A DNA stretch of 56,232 nucleotides from the NCBI GenBank assembly GCA_001800605.1, contig MGVS01000039.1:1-56232 (forward strand), read 5' to 3'. Shown here in pieces: positions 36,317 to 46,357 of the stretch (position 1 is its first letter; every line of letters begins with the position of its first letter). This DNA comes from Elusimicrobia bacterium RIFOXYD2_FULL_34_15. GTDB taxonomy: Bacteria > Elusimicrobiota > UBA8919. The notes under the pieces were generated by a model. It did no database searches, was not told the origin of the DNA, and saw only the letters and a program-made list of their open reading frames with translations. The position numbers were made by a program, and so were the translations under genes.

Positions 36317-37210
36317 TAAAGAATGATATAGCAAAGGAAGCATTATTTCGTGGTGCCCGATGAAGTAAAAACCACTGCCGCCGGTAGGCCTTGAAACTAT
36401 ATTTTCTGCTGCTCTATACTGATAATTCATATCGAAATTACAAGCAGTAAAATTATTAACTTTATGCCCAAGATTTCTTGCTAAATTCAATGATTTTAGG
36501 AAAACTTCCGGCAAAATTACAGCAGACCCAAAGTTTAAAACCACACCGCCTTCCAATTTTGTAATTATATCCGTAAGTTTTATGAAATCATTATATGATG
36601 TTTTACCCCAGCTTGCCCCGTCACATTCGGGATGCTGATAAATTATATCGGTACCTATACCGGCATGTACCGTTGCCGGAATTTTTAAATTATATGCATT
36701 TGCAAAAATGCTATCTCTATGAAATTTTAATTTTTTATTGTTAATCATATTGCCGATTGTTTCGCCAAGCCCGAGATTTCTTTTTGCACCTTCTTTTACC
36801 GCTCCATTTATATATTTTCCTGTTTCAAGTGACATACCGAATTCACCTTTTTTTAATTGTATTGCGACATCTTCGGACGTTTTTCCGGTATAAGCAAGTT
36901 CAAAATCATGGATGATTGAAGCTCCGTTTGTCGAAACCGCGGTAATTACGTTTTTTTTCATTAAATCAATGACTATACGGGAAAGCCCGCATTTAATGAC
37001 ATGCGCTCCAAACATAAAAATAACAGGTTTTTTATTTTTTTTAGCAGAAATAATCCTTTTGACGACTTCTTTAAAATTCTTGCCGGCTAAAACATCCGGC
37101 ATGCACTTAATTAAATTTTTTTTATCCGGAGTTACCAGCATGTTTATGCTAACCTTGCTTTCTCTTTTCTCCAACGGATATCTTTTAACTTTTTTTATAT
37201 TTATCACCAT
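36302..37210 (-). CDS. Conserved protein of deoxyhypusine-synthase-like fold, unknown function
   Basis: GAHVIKCGL, NGASIIHDFE, GTDIIYQHP, GSAVILPEVF, GHHEIMLPL; start reset to ATG 37210. Confidence 0.65.
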   Translation of the reverse strand: MVINIKKVKRYPLEKRESKVSINMLVTPDKKNLIKCMPDVLAGKNFKEVVKRIISAKKNKKPVIFMFGAHVIKCGLSRIVIDLMKKNVITAVSTNGASIIHDFELAYTGKTSEDVAIQLKKGEFGMSLETGKYINGAVKEGAKRNLGLGETIGNMINNKKLKFHRDSIFANAYNLKIPATVHAGIGTDIIYQHPECDGASWGKTSYNDFIKLTDIITKLEGGVVLNFGSAVILPEVFLKSLNLARNLGHKVNNFTACNFDMNYQYRAAENIVSRPTGGSGFYFIGHHEIMLPLLYHSLLTFL

Positions 37211-37217
37211 GCCCCCT

Positions 37218-37955
37218 TCATTTTTCAGGAATGTTCGCCATATTTTCATTCCATTCAGCAATGATATTACCAACGCTGACTCCGGATTTCATCTTTACGG
37301 GAATATGTTTTTCATCGTCAGTTAGCCATATTTTTATAGTTCCCTTTTGCATAAAAATACCCTGATCCTGAAGAATCGGTTCAACAACAATGGTCTTATA
37401 TTCTTTATTATTAACATTTATTGTCTCTCTACCGTAAATGTTAATATACATTATATAATTTTTTTTGTGAGAATTAACATTTACTTTTAACGCTTTACCA
37501 GGTTCAAGTTTCTGAAGCCTAACCCAGTAAAAAGCAGAAAGTACATCTAAAGCATTATCAAAAATATTAAATGTTTCTCCTTTATTATTTGTTCCGATAT
37601 GTTTTTTCTGATCGTATTTTGTCATTCTTTCCCGTTTGTATCTGCCTTCTTTTATTTTTTGCAGAAATGCTAACGAATGAAAACTATTAACATCAATCCA
37701 AGCTTCATTCATATCTCTTACTTTATAAAACACATCAAAAAACGGCACTGATTTTGCTTCAGAATATATATGATATGCTTTTTTACCTTCATAATCCTCT
37801 ATACCTTTTACTTCAAGAAGACCATATCCGACTTTAACAAATTGCCAGCTTACTTCAAAAACCAATTTTTCACCTACAATCAGCGTCTTATTCTCTGAAA
37901 AACAATTATTAATAGGTAAAAAACACAGCATTAAAACAAGTATTTTAATTTTCAT
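37218..37955 (-). CDS. DUF3108 domain exported protein
   Basis: Signal peptide, GEKLVFEVSW, DVLSAFY, IWLTDDEKHIPVK. Confidence 0.8.
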   Translation of the reverse strand: MKIKILVLMLCFLPINNCFSENKTLIVGEKLVFEVSWQFVKVGYGLLEVKGIEDYEGKKAYHIYSEAKSVPFFDVFYKVRDMNEAWIDVNSFHSLAFLQKIKEGRYKRERMTKYDQKKHIGTNNKGETFNIFDNALDVLSAFYWVRLQKLEPGKALKVNVNSHKKNYIMYINIYGRETINVNNKEYKTIVVEPILQDQGIFMQKGTIKIWLTDDEKHIPVKMKSGVSVGNIIAEWNENMANIPEK

Positions 37956-39651
37956 TTTTTATTATCCATTCTGCGGCAGCTAAAATATCTTTCGCTGTAT
38001 AATCCGCACCTTTGACATCTTTACCCTGACCGCTTAAAACAAAAATTGATTTTGCATTTATGCTTTTTGCCAAATCAATATCACATTGTTTATCGCCGAC
38101 AATGTATGAATTTTTTAAATCTATATTTAAATCTTTTTTTGCCCTAATAAGCATTCCGGGTTTTGGTTTCCTGCAAGAACAGTTATCGTCCGGATGATGC
38201 GGACAAACATATATATTATCAATATGGGCATAGTTTTCATTAAGCCTCTTTTTTAATTCCTTGTTTACTTCGTCTGCATCTTTCCTGGAGTAATACCCCC
38301 TTCCAATCCCGGACTGATTAGTAACAATTATAACTTTATATCCTGATTTGTTCAATAGTCCTATCGCTTGTGCAGATTTTTCGAAAACCTTAAGATCTTT
38401 AACTTTTGATAGATAATGTGAGTCTTCAATTATCGTACCGTCTCTATCAAAAAAAACTACCCTGCTTTTATAAAACGTCAATGCCATTAAAAATAATGCA
38501 GTCATTCTAACTTCCGAATCACCATAAGTATATTCTGTTAAACCTGATAATAAAAACCCTGGAATTCCCAATAGACATCCTGAAATAAAAAACCTCTCTA
38601 AACCACTGACGTACTTTGCTTTTCTTATTCCGTAATAAAAATAAAATACAAATAAATTCAAAAAAGCCAATAAACCAAATATTCCTCTTTCAGTCAGCAA
38701 ATGTATAAATGTGCTATGCAAATGTGAAAGTTTATAATGTTCTTTTGGTAAATTTAATTTTTCATAATAACCGGGATATACCGTTTTTATATTTTTCATT
38801 CCGGTTCCAAATAACGGATAATCCTTAAAAATTGCAAAAGAAGTTTTCCACATGTTGATGCGGATAGGATCTCTGAAATCAGTTGCCCTTTTAATAATAT
38901 TTGCCCTTTTTGGAAGGAAAAAACTTGAGGATATTATTAAGATTAAAATAATACCAAACCAAATAAAATTAATATTTTTAAGTATTTTAAATTGAGTAAA
39001 AAACATAATTCCAAAAATAACAAATGTCGTTAACCAGACCATCCTGACATAACTTAAAACTATTCCTGAAATAATAAGTCCGATAATCAAATAATAAAAT
39101 ATTTTTTTTCTTGAATTTAGTGAAAAATAAATGGCTATCGGCAAAGCCATAAGAAGCCCTTCTGCATATGTGTGCATCCATGAACGCGTTCCATGAGCGC
39201 GAAAATTAAACATGCTCAAAAGGCTTGCGGTTTTACCGTATGCAACATTATCCCAGATATTATTGCCGCTAAAGTACTGCCACAAACCTAATATGCCGGT
39301 CAAAGCAGAAGAAATTAAAAAGAAATAAACTATTTTTTTTACGTGTTCAAAATCTTTTACATTTACAGCAATAATAAAAAAAACTATAAAAAGCAATTCA
39401 GAATTTAAACCTTTTATACTATTTGAAAAATTTAAACCAAAAAATGAAGAAATTATTGTTACAAGCAGAAATATAAAAATTGGATAAATTAACGGAATAG
39501 AAAAATCTTCTGATTTTTTTAAAATTATTTTAATAATCCATACGAGCAATAGAATTGCCCAAACAACATTTGTTGCGGCAATAGAAATTGGAATTACAAA
39601 CGCCAGCACCATTAATCCATAATATAAAATTGAATCAAGCTTTTTAACCAA
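37945..39651 (-). CDS. O-antigen ligase-like (Wzy_C) protein fused to heptose-1,7-bisphosphate phosphatase GmhB
   Basis: About 12 TM helices with RINMW...HLHSTFIHLLTERGIFG, then FFDRDGTI, TNQSGIGRG, CPHHP..CSCRKPKPGM, GDK..D; likely TTG start 39651 after GGAGG. Confidence 0.88.
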   Translation of the reverse strand: MVKKLDSILYYGLMVLAFVIPISIAATNVVWAILLLVWIIKIILKKSEDFSIPLIYPIFIFLLVTIISSFFGLNFSNSIKGLNSELLFIVFFIIAVNVKDFEHVKKIVYFFLISSALTGILGLWQYFSGNNIWDNVAYGKTASLLSMFNFRAHGTRSWMHTYAEGLLMALPIAIYFSLNSRKKIFYYLIIGLIISGIVLSYVRMVWLTTFVIFGIMFFTQFKILKNINFIWFGIILILIISSSFFLPKRANIIKRATDFRDPIRINMWKTSFAIFKDYPLFGTGMKNIKTVYPGYYEKLNLPKEHYKLSHLHSTFIHLLTERGIFGLLAFLNLFVFYFYYGIRKAKYVSGLERFFISGCLLGIPGFLLSGLTEYTYGDSEVRMTALFLMALTFYKSRVVFFDRDGTIIEDSHYLSKVKDLKVFEKSAQAIGLLNKSGYKVIIVTNQSGIGRGYYSRKDADEVNKELKKRLNENYAHIDNIYVCPHHPDDNCSCRKPKPGMLIRAKKDLNIDLKNSYIVGDKQCDIDLAKSINAKSIFVLSGQGKDVKGADYTAKDILAAAEWIIKNEN

Positions 39652-40657
39652 TCTGGCCCTCCAGAAATTTAGCAAATTCCTGTTTTTCTTTGATTTCAAG
39701 TTTTACATCAAGAACATAGCATGGAAAATCTTCCGGCAAACGGGTAGCATCTTTTGATGTGGTAATAATAGCTGCCTGAAATTCTGCGGCATCGCCGTAA
39801 AATTTTCCTATATCCCTGTCTTTAAAAAAGTAATGATCGGGATATTTTTTATGACCAAGAAGATTCAGTCCTAATTCTTTGATTGTCTTTTCAAAATCTT
39901 CAGGAACAGCAATCCCCGAAATGGCAATGACATTCTTTTCTTGTAAAGTTGATATTTCAACTTTATTGCCATTTCTATCAAAAATATTTTTACTGAAATA
40001 TGCATGGAAAACGGGAATATCTTTTTTATATTTTCTTATTGTGGCTTCTATTTCCTGAATTTTTTCGTCCGGTACCTGATTGCTTCTTGTAATTACAATA
40101 ACATCTGCTCTTGACAAGCCTTTTACGGGTTCTCTCAAATACCCTGCAGGTAAAAGCAAAAAATCACCGAAAGGATTCAAGGCATTAATACATACAATAT
40201 CTAAATTCCTATAAAGGCCCAAGTACTGAAGCCCATCATCCAGAATTATCGTATCGGTTCCGAATTTTTCAATTGCAAAATGCCCCGCTTTGTATCTGTC
40301 TCTGCCAATGACAACAGGAACATTTTTTAATGACCTTGCTGATAGATATGCTTCGTCACCTGAAATCGTTGGACCAAGAAAAACCCTTTTTCCGTCACTC
40401 ACTGTTACAGGATTATTATTTTTTATTTTAGATTTGTATCCCCTGGAAACTACACAAACTTTTTTTCTTGTTTTTGACAATAAATCTGCCAAAAATATTA
40501 CTAAGGGAGTTTTTCCGGTTCCCCCGACTGAAATATTGCCTACTGAAATCACTTTACAATTTAATTTTTTCTGTTTTGCCTTTCTTATCATCTGTGAAAT
40601 GTTAAAAAAGAAAAGATAAACAAAAGAAAGTGGTTTAAGAAATTTTAATGGTTTCAT
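39644..40657 (-). CDS. lpxK: Tetraacyldisaccharide 4'-kinase
   Basis: VISVGNISVGGTGKTP, SRGY, LDDGLQ, LLPAGYLREP. Confidence 0.95.
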   Translation of the reverse strand: MKPLKFLKPLSFVYLFFFNISQMIRKAKQKKLNCKVISVGNISVGGTGKTPLVIFLADLLSKTRKKVCVVSRGYKSKIKNNNPVTVSDGKRVFLGPTISGDEAYLSARSLKNVPVVIGRDRYKAGHFAIEKFGTDTIILDDGLQYLGLYRNLDIVCINALNPFGDFLLLPAGYLREPVKGLSRADVIVITRSNQVPDEKIQEIEATIRKYKKDIPVFHAYFSKNIFDRNGNKVEISTLQEKNVIAISGIAVPEDFEKTIKELGLNLLGHKKYPDHYFFKDRDIGKFYGDAAEFQAAIITTSKDATRLPEDFPCYVLDVKLEIKEKQEFAKFLEGQIG

Positions 40658-41349
40658 ATTTTTTTATACACCTTTTCATAAATTTTTGAAAAAAACTGAT
40701 TTGAATAGATCACTAAACGGTTTCTTAGCCATTTTTCAGGACCCCGCGCATCGATTCGTTTCAGTAGATATGGATTTTGATTAATATCATTAGACCCTAT
40801 ATCCAGAGTAAGCCCGCCTAAAAAACCCGCAGATTTTAAAACATCGACATATAATTCATCATATTCTCCGTACGGATAGCAAAAATATTTCGACTCCTTT
40901 TTCAAGTTTCCTTTTATAATATTTTTTGAAAGCATAATATCATCTATAAGCTCTTGTTTTGACGGTTTCATTAAAAAATATCTCGGATGACTGTGCGTAT
41001 GCGACTCAAAATCAATAATTCCGGAATCCTGCATTTCAAGGATTTCTTCCCAGTTAAGATGCCCCAAAAGACCTACTTGGGATGTTATTAAAAATACCGT
41101 TGCTTTGAAACCATATTTTTTAAGTATTGGAAATGCTTCTGAATAATTATCCTTATATCCGTCATCAAAAGTTAAATGAACAGTTTTGTCAGGTAAAGTT
41201 TTCTTTCCATTAATATAATTATAAACCTCATCGAGTGTTGCGGAATAATATTTTTTTTCAATAAGTAATTTAATATTTTTCTCAAATATTTCCGGCGTAA
41301 TCATTCCGTTTTTGTTAATATTATGATAACAGATTATTAATACTGACAT
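40654..41349 (-). CDS. Polysaccharide deacetylase (CE4/NodB)
   Basis: TFDDGY, SHTHSH, YPYG. Confidence 0.9.
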   Translation of the reverse strand: MSVLIICYHNINKNGMITPEIFEKNIKLLIEKKYYSATLDEVYNYINGKKTLPDKTVHLTFDDGYKDNYSEAFPILKKYGFKATVFLITSQVGLLGHLNWEEILEMQDSGIIDFESHTHSHPRYFLMKPSKQELIDDIMLSKNIIKGNLKKESKYFCYPYGEYDELYVDVLKSAGFLGGLTLDIGSNDINQNPYLLKRIDARGPEKWLRNRLVIYSNQFFSKIYEKVYKKI

Positions 41350-42263
41350 TCGATAATTTTCCCAAAAACTTCTTCAGTTGAAAGTTTATTAAGATCTCCT
41401 TGTATATATCTGTGAATATCCGAATCCGGCGGTGTCCAATTTACAGGATTTGTTTTCAATCCATAAATGATAAACGTTGGAGTGTTCTGGCTTGTCGCTA
41501 TATGACCCGGCGCTGACGAAGTACCTACATGCAGTTTAACATTTTTCATCAATGCGGCTAAATCTAAAAGATCAGTATTAAACGATAAAATATGTTTTTT
41601 CTTACACAAACCCATGGTTTCTCTTACGTAATCCTCCTCATTGGGTGCATAAGTAAAAACTATTTTAGCATTTAATTTTTCAGATATCAAATCAGCAAGC
41701 TTTGCAAATTTTTCTTTTTCCCAGCTTTTATACGCTCTTTTGCTTGTCACATCAAGAGTAATCAGAAAATCATTTTTACTAATACCATTTTCATTGAGAA
41801 AACTTATCACCTTTTCTTCATTTTCTTTATTAAATTTTAAGTCTAAATTAATGCCATCATCTTTTAAGTTCAATATTTCAAGAATTTTAAGACGGTCATA
41901 AACTGTATAGACCCGAGTTGAATATCTTGGCATAATATTATAGCACCAAAAACCCCAAGGCCTGTAAAATGCAATTCTTTTCTTAGCTTTTGATTTGAAA
42001 GTATAATATCCTGTAATGGCTGAATTCATGAAATCTATTACCACGTCAAACTTGTGTTCTTTTATCTTCTTTAATGAACCTTTGTCAAATAAAATTATTT
42101 CAGATAAATACGGATTATTTTTTAAAATTTTTTCAGATATCTTCTCGGTCAAAAAAAATATTTCACTTTCCGGCTTATTTTTTTTTATGGCCCTGATTAA
42201 CGGTGTTGTAAGTAAAACATCACCTATTGCTCTTAATACAATTATTAATATTTTTTCATTCAT
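41337..42263 (-). CDS. GT9 glycosyltransferase (heptosyltransferase family)
   Basis: AIGDVLLTTP, SSAPGHIA. Confidence 0.88.
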   Translation of the reverse strand: MNEKILIIVLRAIGDVLLTTPLIRAIKKNKPESEIFFLTEKISEKILKNNPYLSEIILFDKGSLKKIKEHKFDVVIDFMNSAITGYYTFKSKAKKRIAFYRPWGFWCYNIMPRYSTRVYTVYDRLKILEILNLKDDGINLDLKFNKENEEKVISFLNENGISKNDFLITLDVTSKRAYKSWEKEKFAKLADLISEKLNAKIVFTYAPNEEDYVRETMGLCKKKHILSFNTDLLDLAALMKNVKLHVGTSSAPGHIATSQNTPTFIIYGLKTNPVNWTPPDSDIHRYIQGDLNKLSTEEVFGKIIECQY

Positions 42264-42303
42264 TTTATATACTTTTTACCAATTACTTGTTACCCATTAC
42301 TCA

Positions 42304-43050
42304 TTACCCGTTGCTGTCTCTTTTTTCCTTCAATTTCAATAACGACACAAACTCATTATACGAGTCCATTAAAGAAACTGAAAAACCGGTAAAACCATCT
42401 AAAAAACCTAATTTTAAAAAATACAGTTTAAAAAATTTTATTAATGACTGCATCAATATAAATTTTGGAGTTTTACCATTACTGAACCAATATTCCGCTT
42501 TTCTCGAAGTATAAAAATTTGATTTTTTTAGCATATCTGAAATATCCTGATACGGATAATGCAGCATCGGAGATTCAAATTTTTTAACTTTGCCGTCAAC
42601 ATCAATTTTTTCATGGACATGTTTACATGAAAATTTTGCAAAACCATTTTTAAAAAACCGCAATTGGTAATCAGGATATTTGCCGCCAAATCTTAAAAAT
42701 TTACCGAAATAATAATTCTTCCTAGGTATAGAATAACCCCTGACTTCATTTCCTTCAGTTTGAATTACGGATAACATTTCTTTTCTTAAATTACCTGTAA
42801 TAACCTCGTCCGGATCCAAATACAAAATCCAGCTATTCTTGCACTGCTCAATCCCGAATTGTTTATTGACATTAAGATTCGGATTATTTTCTCTGCTGAA
42901 AATTTTCTGAGTGTATCTCTTAACAATTTCCGCTGTTTTATCTGTGGATTCACAATCAACAAAAATTATTTCATCCGCCCATTTAACGCTTTCAAGGCAT
43001 CTTTCAATGTTTTTTTCCTCGTTATGCCCTATAATAGATACGGATATCAT
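42304..43050 (-). CDS. GT2 glycosyltransferase (WaaE/KdtX-like)
   Basis: NEEKNIERCL, LDPDE, YPDYQLR, VHE, GFLDG. Confidence 0.9.
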   Translation of the reverse strand: MISVSIIGHNEEKNIERCLESVKWADEIIFVDCESTDKTAEIVKRYTQKIFSRENNPNLNVNKQFGIEQCKNSWILYLDPDEVITGNLRKEMLSVIQTEGNEVRGYSIPRKNYYFGKFLRFGGKYPDYQLRFFKNGFAKFSCKHVHEKIDVDGKVKKFESPMLHYPYQDISDMLKKSNFYTSRKAEYWFSNGKTPKFILMQSLIKFFKLYFLKLGFLDGFTGFSVSLMDSYNEFVSLLKLKEKRDSNG

Positions 43051-44123
43051 ATAATCTCCGAATATATTCTTTCGGTACTATCTATCATATTCTCTTTTGA
43101 AAATTCTCTTGATTTTATTTTATTTAATTGGGAAAATCGCATTTTTAAATTTTTATCATTAACTATTTTCATTACAGCATCTACTATCTGCACTGGATTG
43201 TCCGGTGAAACCTGCAAACCATTTGTATTGTCTTCTATCAATTCCGGGACACCGCCCACGTTTGTCGCAACTATCGGCAATCCTGATGCCATAGCATCAA
43301 TTAGTGAGGTGCAGAGCCCCTCCGAATCTGAAGATAAAATAAATATGCTAAAAATTGACAAAATTTGCGGAATGTCGTTTCTGAACCCTGTAAAAACGAT
43401 TGAGTCCGATAATCCTAATTTTTCTGTATATGCTATTAATTCTTTTTTTAATACTCCCTCACCCACAATAAAAAATATCGAATTCGGAATCGAATTTTTA
43501 ATTATTGATGCAGCTTGAATAAAATTTTTATGATTTTTGCACCTGTCAAGACTACCCACTGTACCAATAACTATCTGCTCTTTTTTAATATTGAATTCCG
43601 CATTAAGATACTCATTAGAAATCTTTTCAAATCTTTTTAAATCAACACCGGAATAAACAACTGAAATTTTATTCTCGGAAATTCCGCTTTTAACCAGAAT
43701 TTCTTTTACCCTTTTTGAAATCGCAACTATTTTATCAACATTCTCATATTTCCATCTGTTATTTATACCGAATTCCACTCTTCGCGATAAAATAAGTTTT
43801 GATTTATGCCGTGATAATTTCGAAGCAATAACCCCTATCGTATGCGCATGTGCCGAATGTAAATGTATTATATCAGGTTTCACTTCTTCAATTATTTTTT
43901 TAGTTCTAAAAATTGCAAAAGGATCCAGTTCAAACAACATTTTTAAAGAAAAAAAGTCATAACTATTATCCTGTAATTTCTTATGTAATTCACTATCGGT
44001 TCGGCAGACAACATAATTGTTATGTCCTTTTTTAGAAAGACCCTCTACTAACCAAAAAAGCTGCTGTTGACCGCCGCGCCATGTTTTTTCAAAATCAATG
44101 TGCAATATTTTTAATTGTTTCAT
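43047..44123 (-). CDS. GT4 glycosyltransferase
   Basis: WRGGQQQ, SEGLCTSLIDAMASG. Confidence 0.9.
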   Translation of the reverse strand: MKQLKILHIDFEKTWRGGQQQLFWLVEGLSKKGHNNYVVCRTDSELHKKLQDNSYDFFSLKMLFELDPFAIFRTKKIIEEVKPDIIHLHSAHAHTIGVIASKLSRHKSKLILSRRVEFGINNRWKYENVDKIVAISKRVKEILVKSGISENKISVVYSGVDLKRFEKISNEYLNAEFNIKKEQIVIGTVGSLDRCKNHKNFIQAASIIKNSIPNSIFFIVGEGVLKKELIAYTEKLGLSDSIVFTGFRNDIPQILSIFSIFILSSDSEGLCTSLIDAMASGLPIVATNVGGVPELIEDNTNGLQVSPDNPVQIVDAVMKIVNDKNLKMRFSQLNKIKSREFSKENMIDSTERIYSEII

Positions 44124-45153
44124 TATACGCCTTTTCTGTTTCTGAAATGAACTTGTCTATATTATATTTTTCTTTTATTATTTTTCTATTGTTTTCTCCG
44201 GTAATTTTTATATTTCCCGGTTTTTCTAAAAAATATAAAATATTTTTTGTTAAAATTTCAGAATCGCACGGCTCGGATAAAAATTCTTTACCTAAGATCT
44301 CAGGAATACATCCTACCGAAGTTGCGACTACCGGCTTGCCACAGCTCATCCATTCTAAAAGAACCCGGCTAACCGCTTCACTGCCGGTTGATGCGATAAC
44401 CCCAATGGTACATCCTGACATGAACTTGTAAACATTATCTACATATCCTACAAACTGGATATTTTTTTCAATCCCCAGTTTACCTGCAAAAACCTTTAGT
44501 TCCTCATATTTTATATTTTCTTCTTTACCTGCAATTAAAAATTTTGCATTAGAAAATCTCTTCAATACAAAAGCAGCAGCTTCTAAAAAATATTTATGAC
44601 CTTTTACCGGATCCAAACGGCCGACCATACCGATTATCGGACCTTCCGGAGCCGGATATTCCGATAAAACCGGAATTTCAATACCCTGATATATTATAGC
44701 AATCTTTTCCGGATTTGTTTTTATTTCAATATATCTTTTTTTTATAAGTTCTGATGCTGCTATTATTTTGTCAGTTTTAGCCGATAGAAAACTTCTTTTC
44801 GGATACATATCATCTGCTTTAGTCCTTACTATTGCAAATTTATTTTTAGAAAATATTGAAGCCAAATATGCTAAAAAATGTCCTTTTCCGGTGTGCGCAT
44901 TAACAATGTCAATTTTTTTATTTTGAATCAAATCTTTTAATTTCAGAACGCTTTTTAAAATAAACGGATTTTTTCTTGAACATATCACCAGAGTTTCAAA
45001 ACCATTTTCTCCTGCAACTTTTAACGGCAGACCATTCTTTACACCGGCAAAAAAAATCTTGTGCCCTTTTTTGGAAAGTCCTTTTGAGGATTCAATCGCA
45101 TAGCTGGTCACTCCGCTATACCAAGGTATATCAATTATATTCAAAATATTCAT
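44095..45153 (-). CDS. GT4 glycosyltransferase
   Basis: GRLDPVKG, SEAVSRVLLEWM. Confidence 0.88.
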   Translation of the reverse strand: MNILNIIDIPWYSGVTSYAIESSKGLSKKGHKIFFAGVKNGLPLKVAGENGFETLVICSRKNPFILKSVLKLKDLIQNKKIDIVNAHTGKGHFLAYLASIFSKNKFAIVRTKADDMYPKRSFLSAKTDKIIAASELIKKRYIEIKTNPEKIAIIYQGIEIPVLSEYPAPEGPIIGMVGRLDPVKGHKYFLEAAAFVLKRFSNAKFLIAGKEENIKYEELKVFAGKLGIEKNIQFVGYVDNVYKFMSGCTIGVIASTGSEAVSRVLLEWMSCGKPVVATSVGCIPEILGKEFLSEPCDSEILTKNILYFLEKPGNIKITGENNRKIIKEKYNIDKFISETEKAYNETIKNIAH

Positions 45154-46168
45154 AAAGCTTTTTTACAGCTCCAAATACTTCATCAACAGTAACTTTGTTC
45201 ATACAATTAAAATGATTTCTTGGACATTTATTTGACCCATGCCTGTCGCATGGCCGGCACTTGATATCCTTTTCTATTACAACCGCTTTATCCGAATACG
45301 GGAAAAATCCGAATCTTTTTACTGTAGGACCAAAAATTGCAACAGTCGGTATATCCAATGCAGCGGCAATATGCATCGACCCGGAATCATTTGTAATAAA
45401 AACTCTGCATCTTTTTATCAACGCTGTTAGCTGTTTAAGCGTTGTCTTGCCGGCAAGATTAATCGGGTGTTTCTTCATATTTTTTTCAACTATTGATGCT
45501 GTATCAATATCATCGACACCGCCAAAAATTATTATTTTTCCGCCAAATTTATCTACAATTTTATCCGATAATTCTGCATATCTTTCCGGAAGCCATCTTT
45601 TGGTCGCCCAAACACTTCCCGGATTTATCCCAAAATATCTGCCCTGAGCGACCTGTCCTGAGCTTGTCGAAGGATCTAAAGTTGAGTCTGCATACTCATC
45701 GGATTTTTTATCAATATATATTTTTGTCTTTTCTTTTTCTAATTCAAAACCGAAATATTGCATTAAATCCAAATATCTTTCAAGTTGACATTTATCTTTA
45801 TCAAAAGGTATGCACTTAGTTAAAAAAAACCTACCCGCACTATTACAAAACCCTACTCTCTTTTTTATTCCGGATAAATAGGCTAAAAAGCCAGATTGGA
45901 AAGAAGGGTGTGGAATTAAAACCGTATCATATTTTTTTTCCCTTATTTTTTTTGCTAATTTAAATAAATTAAAAATCCCCCTGTCTTTACCTTTTTTATC
46001 ATAAACAATAATTTCATCAATATCCGGGTGCCCTACAAGAATATCTTTTGTCGAAGGAATGCATAATACAGATACTTCAGACTTTAAATATTTTTTTGCT
46101 GCCTGAATTAAAGGAATCGTTAAGACAACATCTCCTAAAAAAGCCGTCTGAATAATCAGTATTTTCAC
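45131..46168 (-). CDS. waaF: LPS heptosyltransferase II (GT9)
   Basis: QTAFLGDVVL, NPGSVWATKRW, NDSGSMHIAAAL, IFGPT; likely GTG start 46168. Confidence 0.82.
   Translation of the reverse strand: MKILIIQTAFLGDVVLTIPLIQAAKKYLKSEVSVLCIPSTKDILVGHPDIDEIIVYDKKGKDRGIFNLFKLAKKIREKKYDTVLIPHPSFQSGFLAYLSGIKKRVGFCNSAGRFFLTKCIPFDKDKCQLERYLDLMQYFGFELEKEKTKIYIDKKSDEYADSTLDPSTSSGQVAQGRYFGINPGSVWATKRWLPERYAELSDKIVDKFGGKIIIFGGVDDIDTASIVEKNMKKHPINLAGKTTLKQLTALIKRCRVFITNDSGSMHIAAALDIPTVAIFGPTVKRFGFFPYSDKAVVIEKDIKCRPCDRHGSNKCPRNHFNCMNKVTVDEVFGAVKKLYEYFEYN
45639..45674. repeat. CCTGAGC...TCGAAGG-family element inside waaF
   Basis: CTGCCCTGAGCGA-CCTGTCCTGAGCTTGTCGAAGGA; encodes PSTSSGQVAQG. Confidence 0.8.
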
Positions 46169-46186
46169 CTTTGCCTTCCTGAAAAA

Positions 46187-46357
46187 CAATTAAAAATTAA
46201 AAATGTAAAATTAAAAATTGTGGTGTTTTATCTATGAACCATAAACTACTAACTCTGAACTTTTTACCTTTTACTCAACCTGTTCTGCCGCCTATGGCGA
46301 GCCTCGCCCCTTTGGGGCGGGAGCTTATTAAGTAGTCGAAGGATTACTCGTTACTGA
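46187..46357. repeat. Composite repeat spacer: empty AAAATT array, CTATGAA array, nested hairpins, TTACTCG units
   Basis: 46287-46320 hairpin (relative at 55331-55372) interrupts CCTGTTCT|GAGCTT...TCGAAGGA. Confidence 0.75.
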
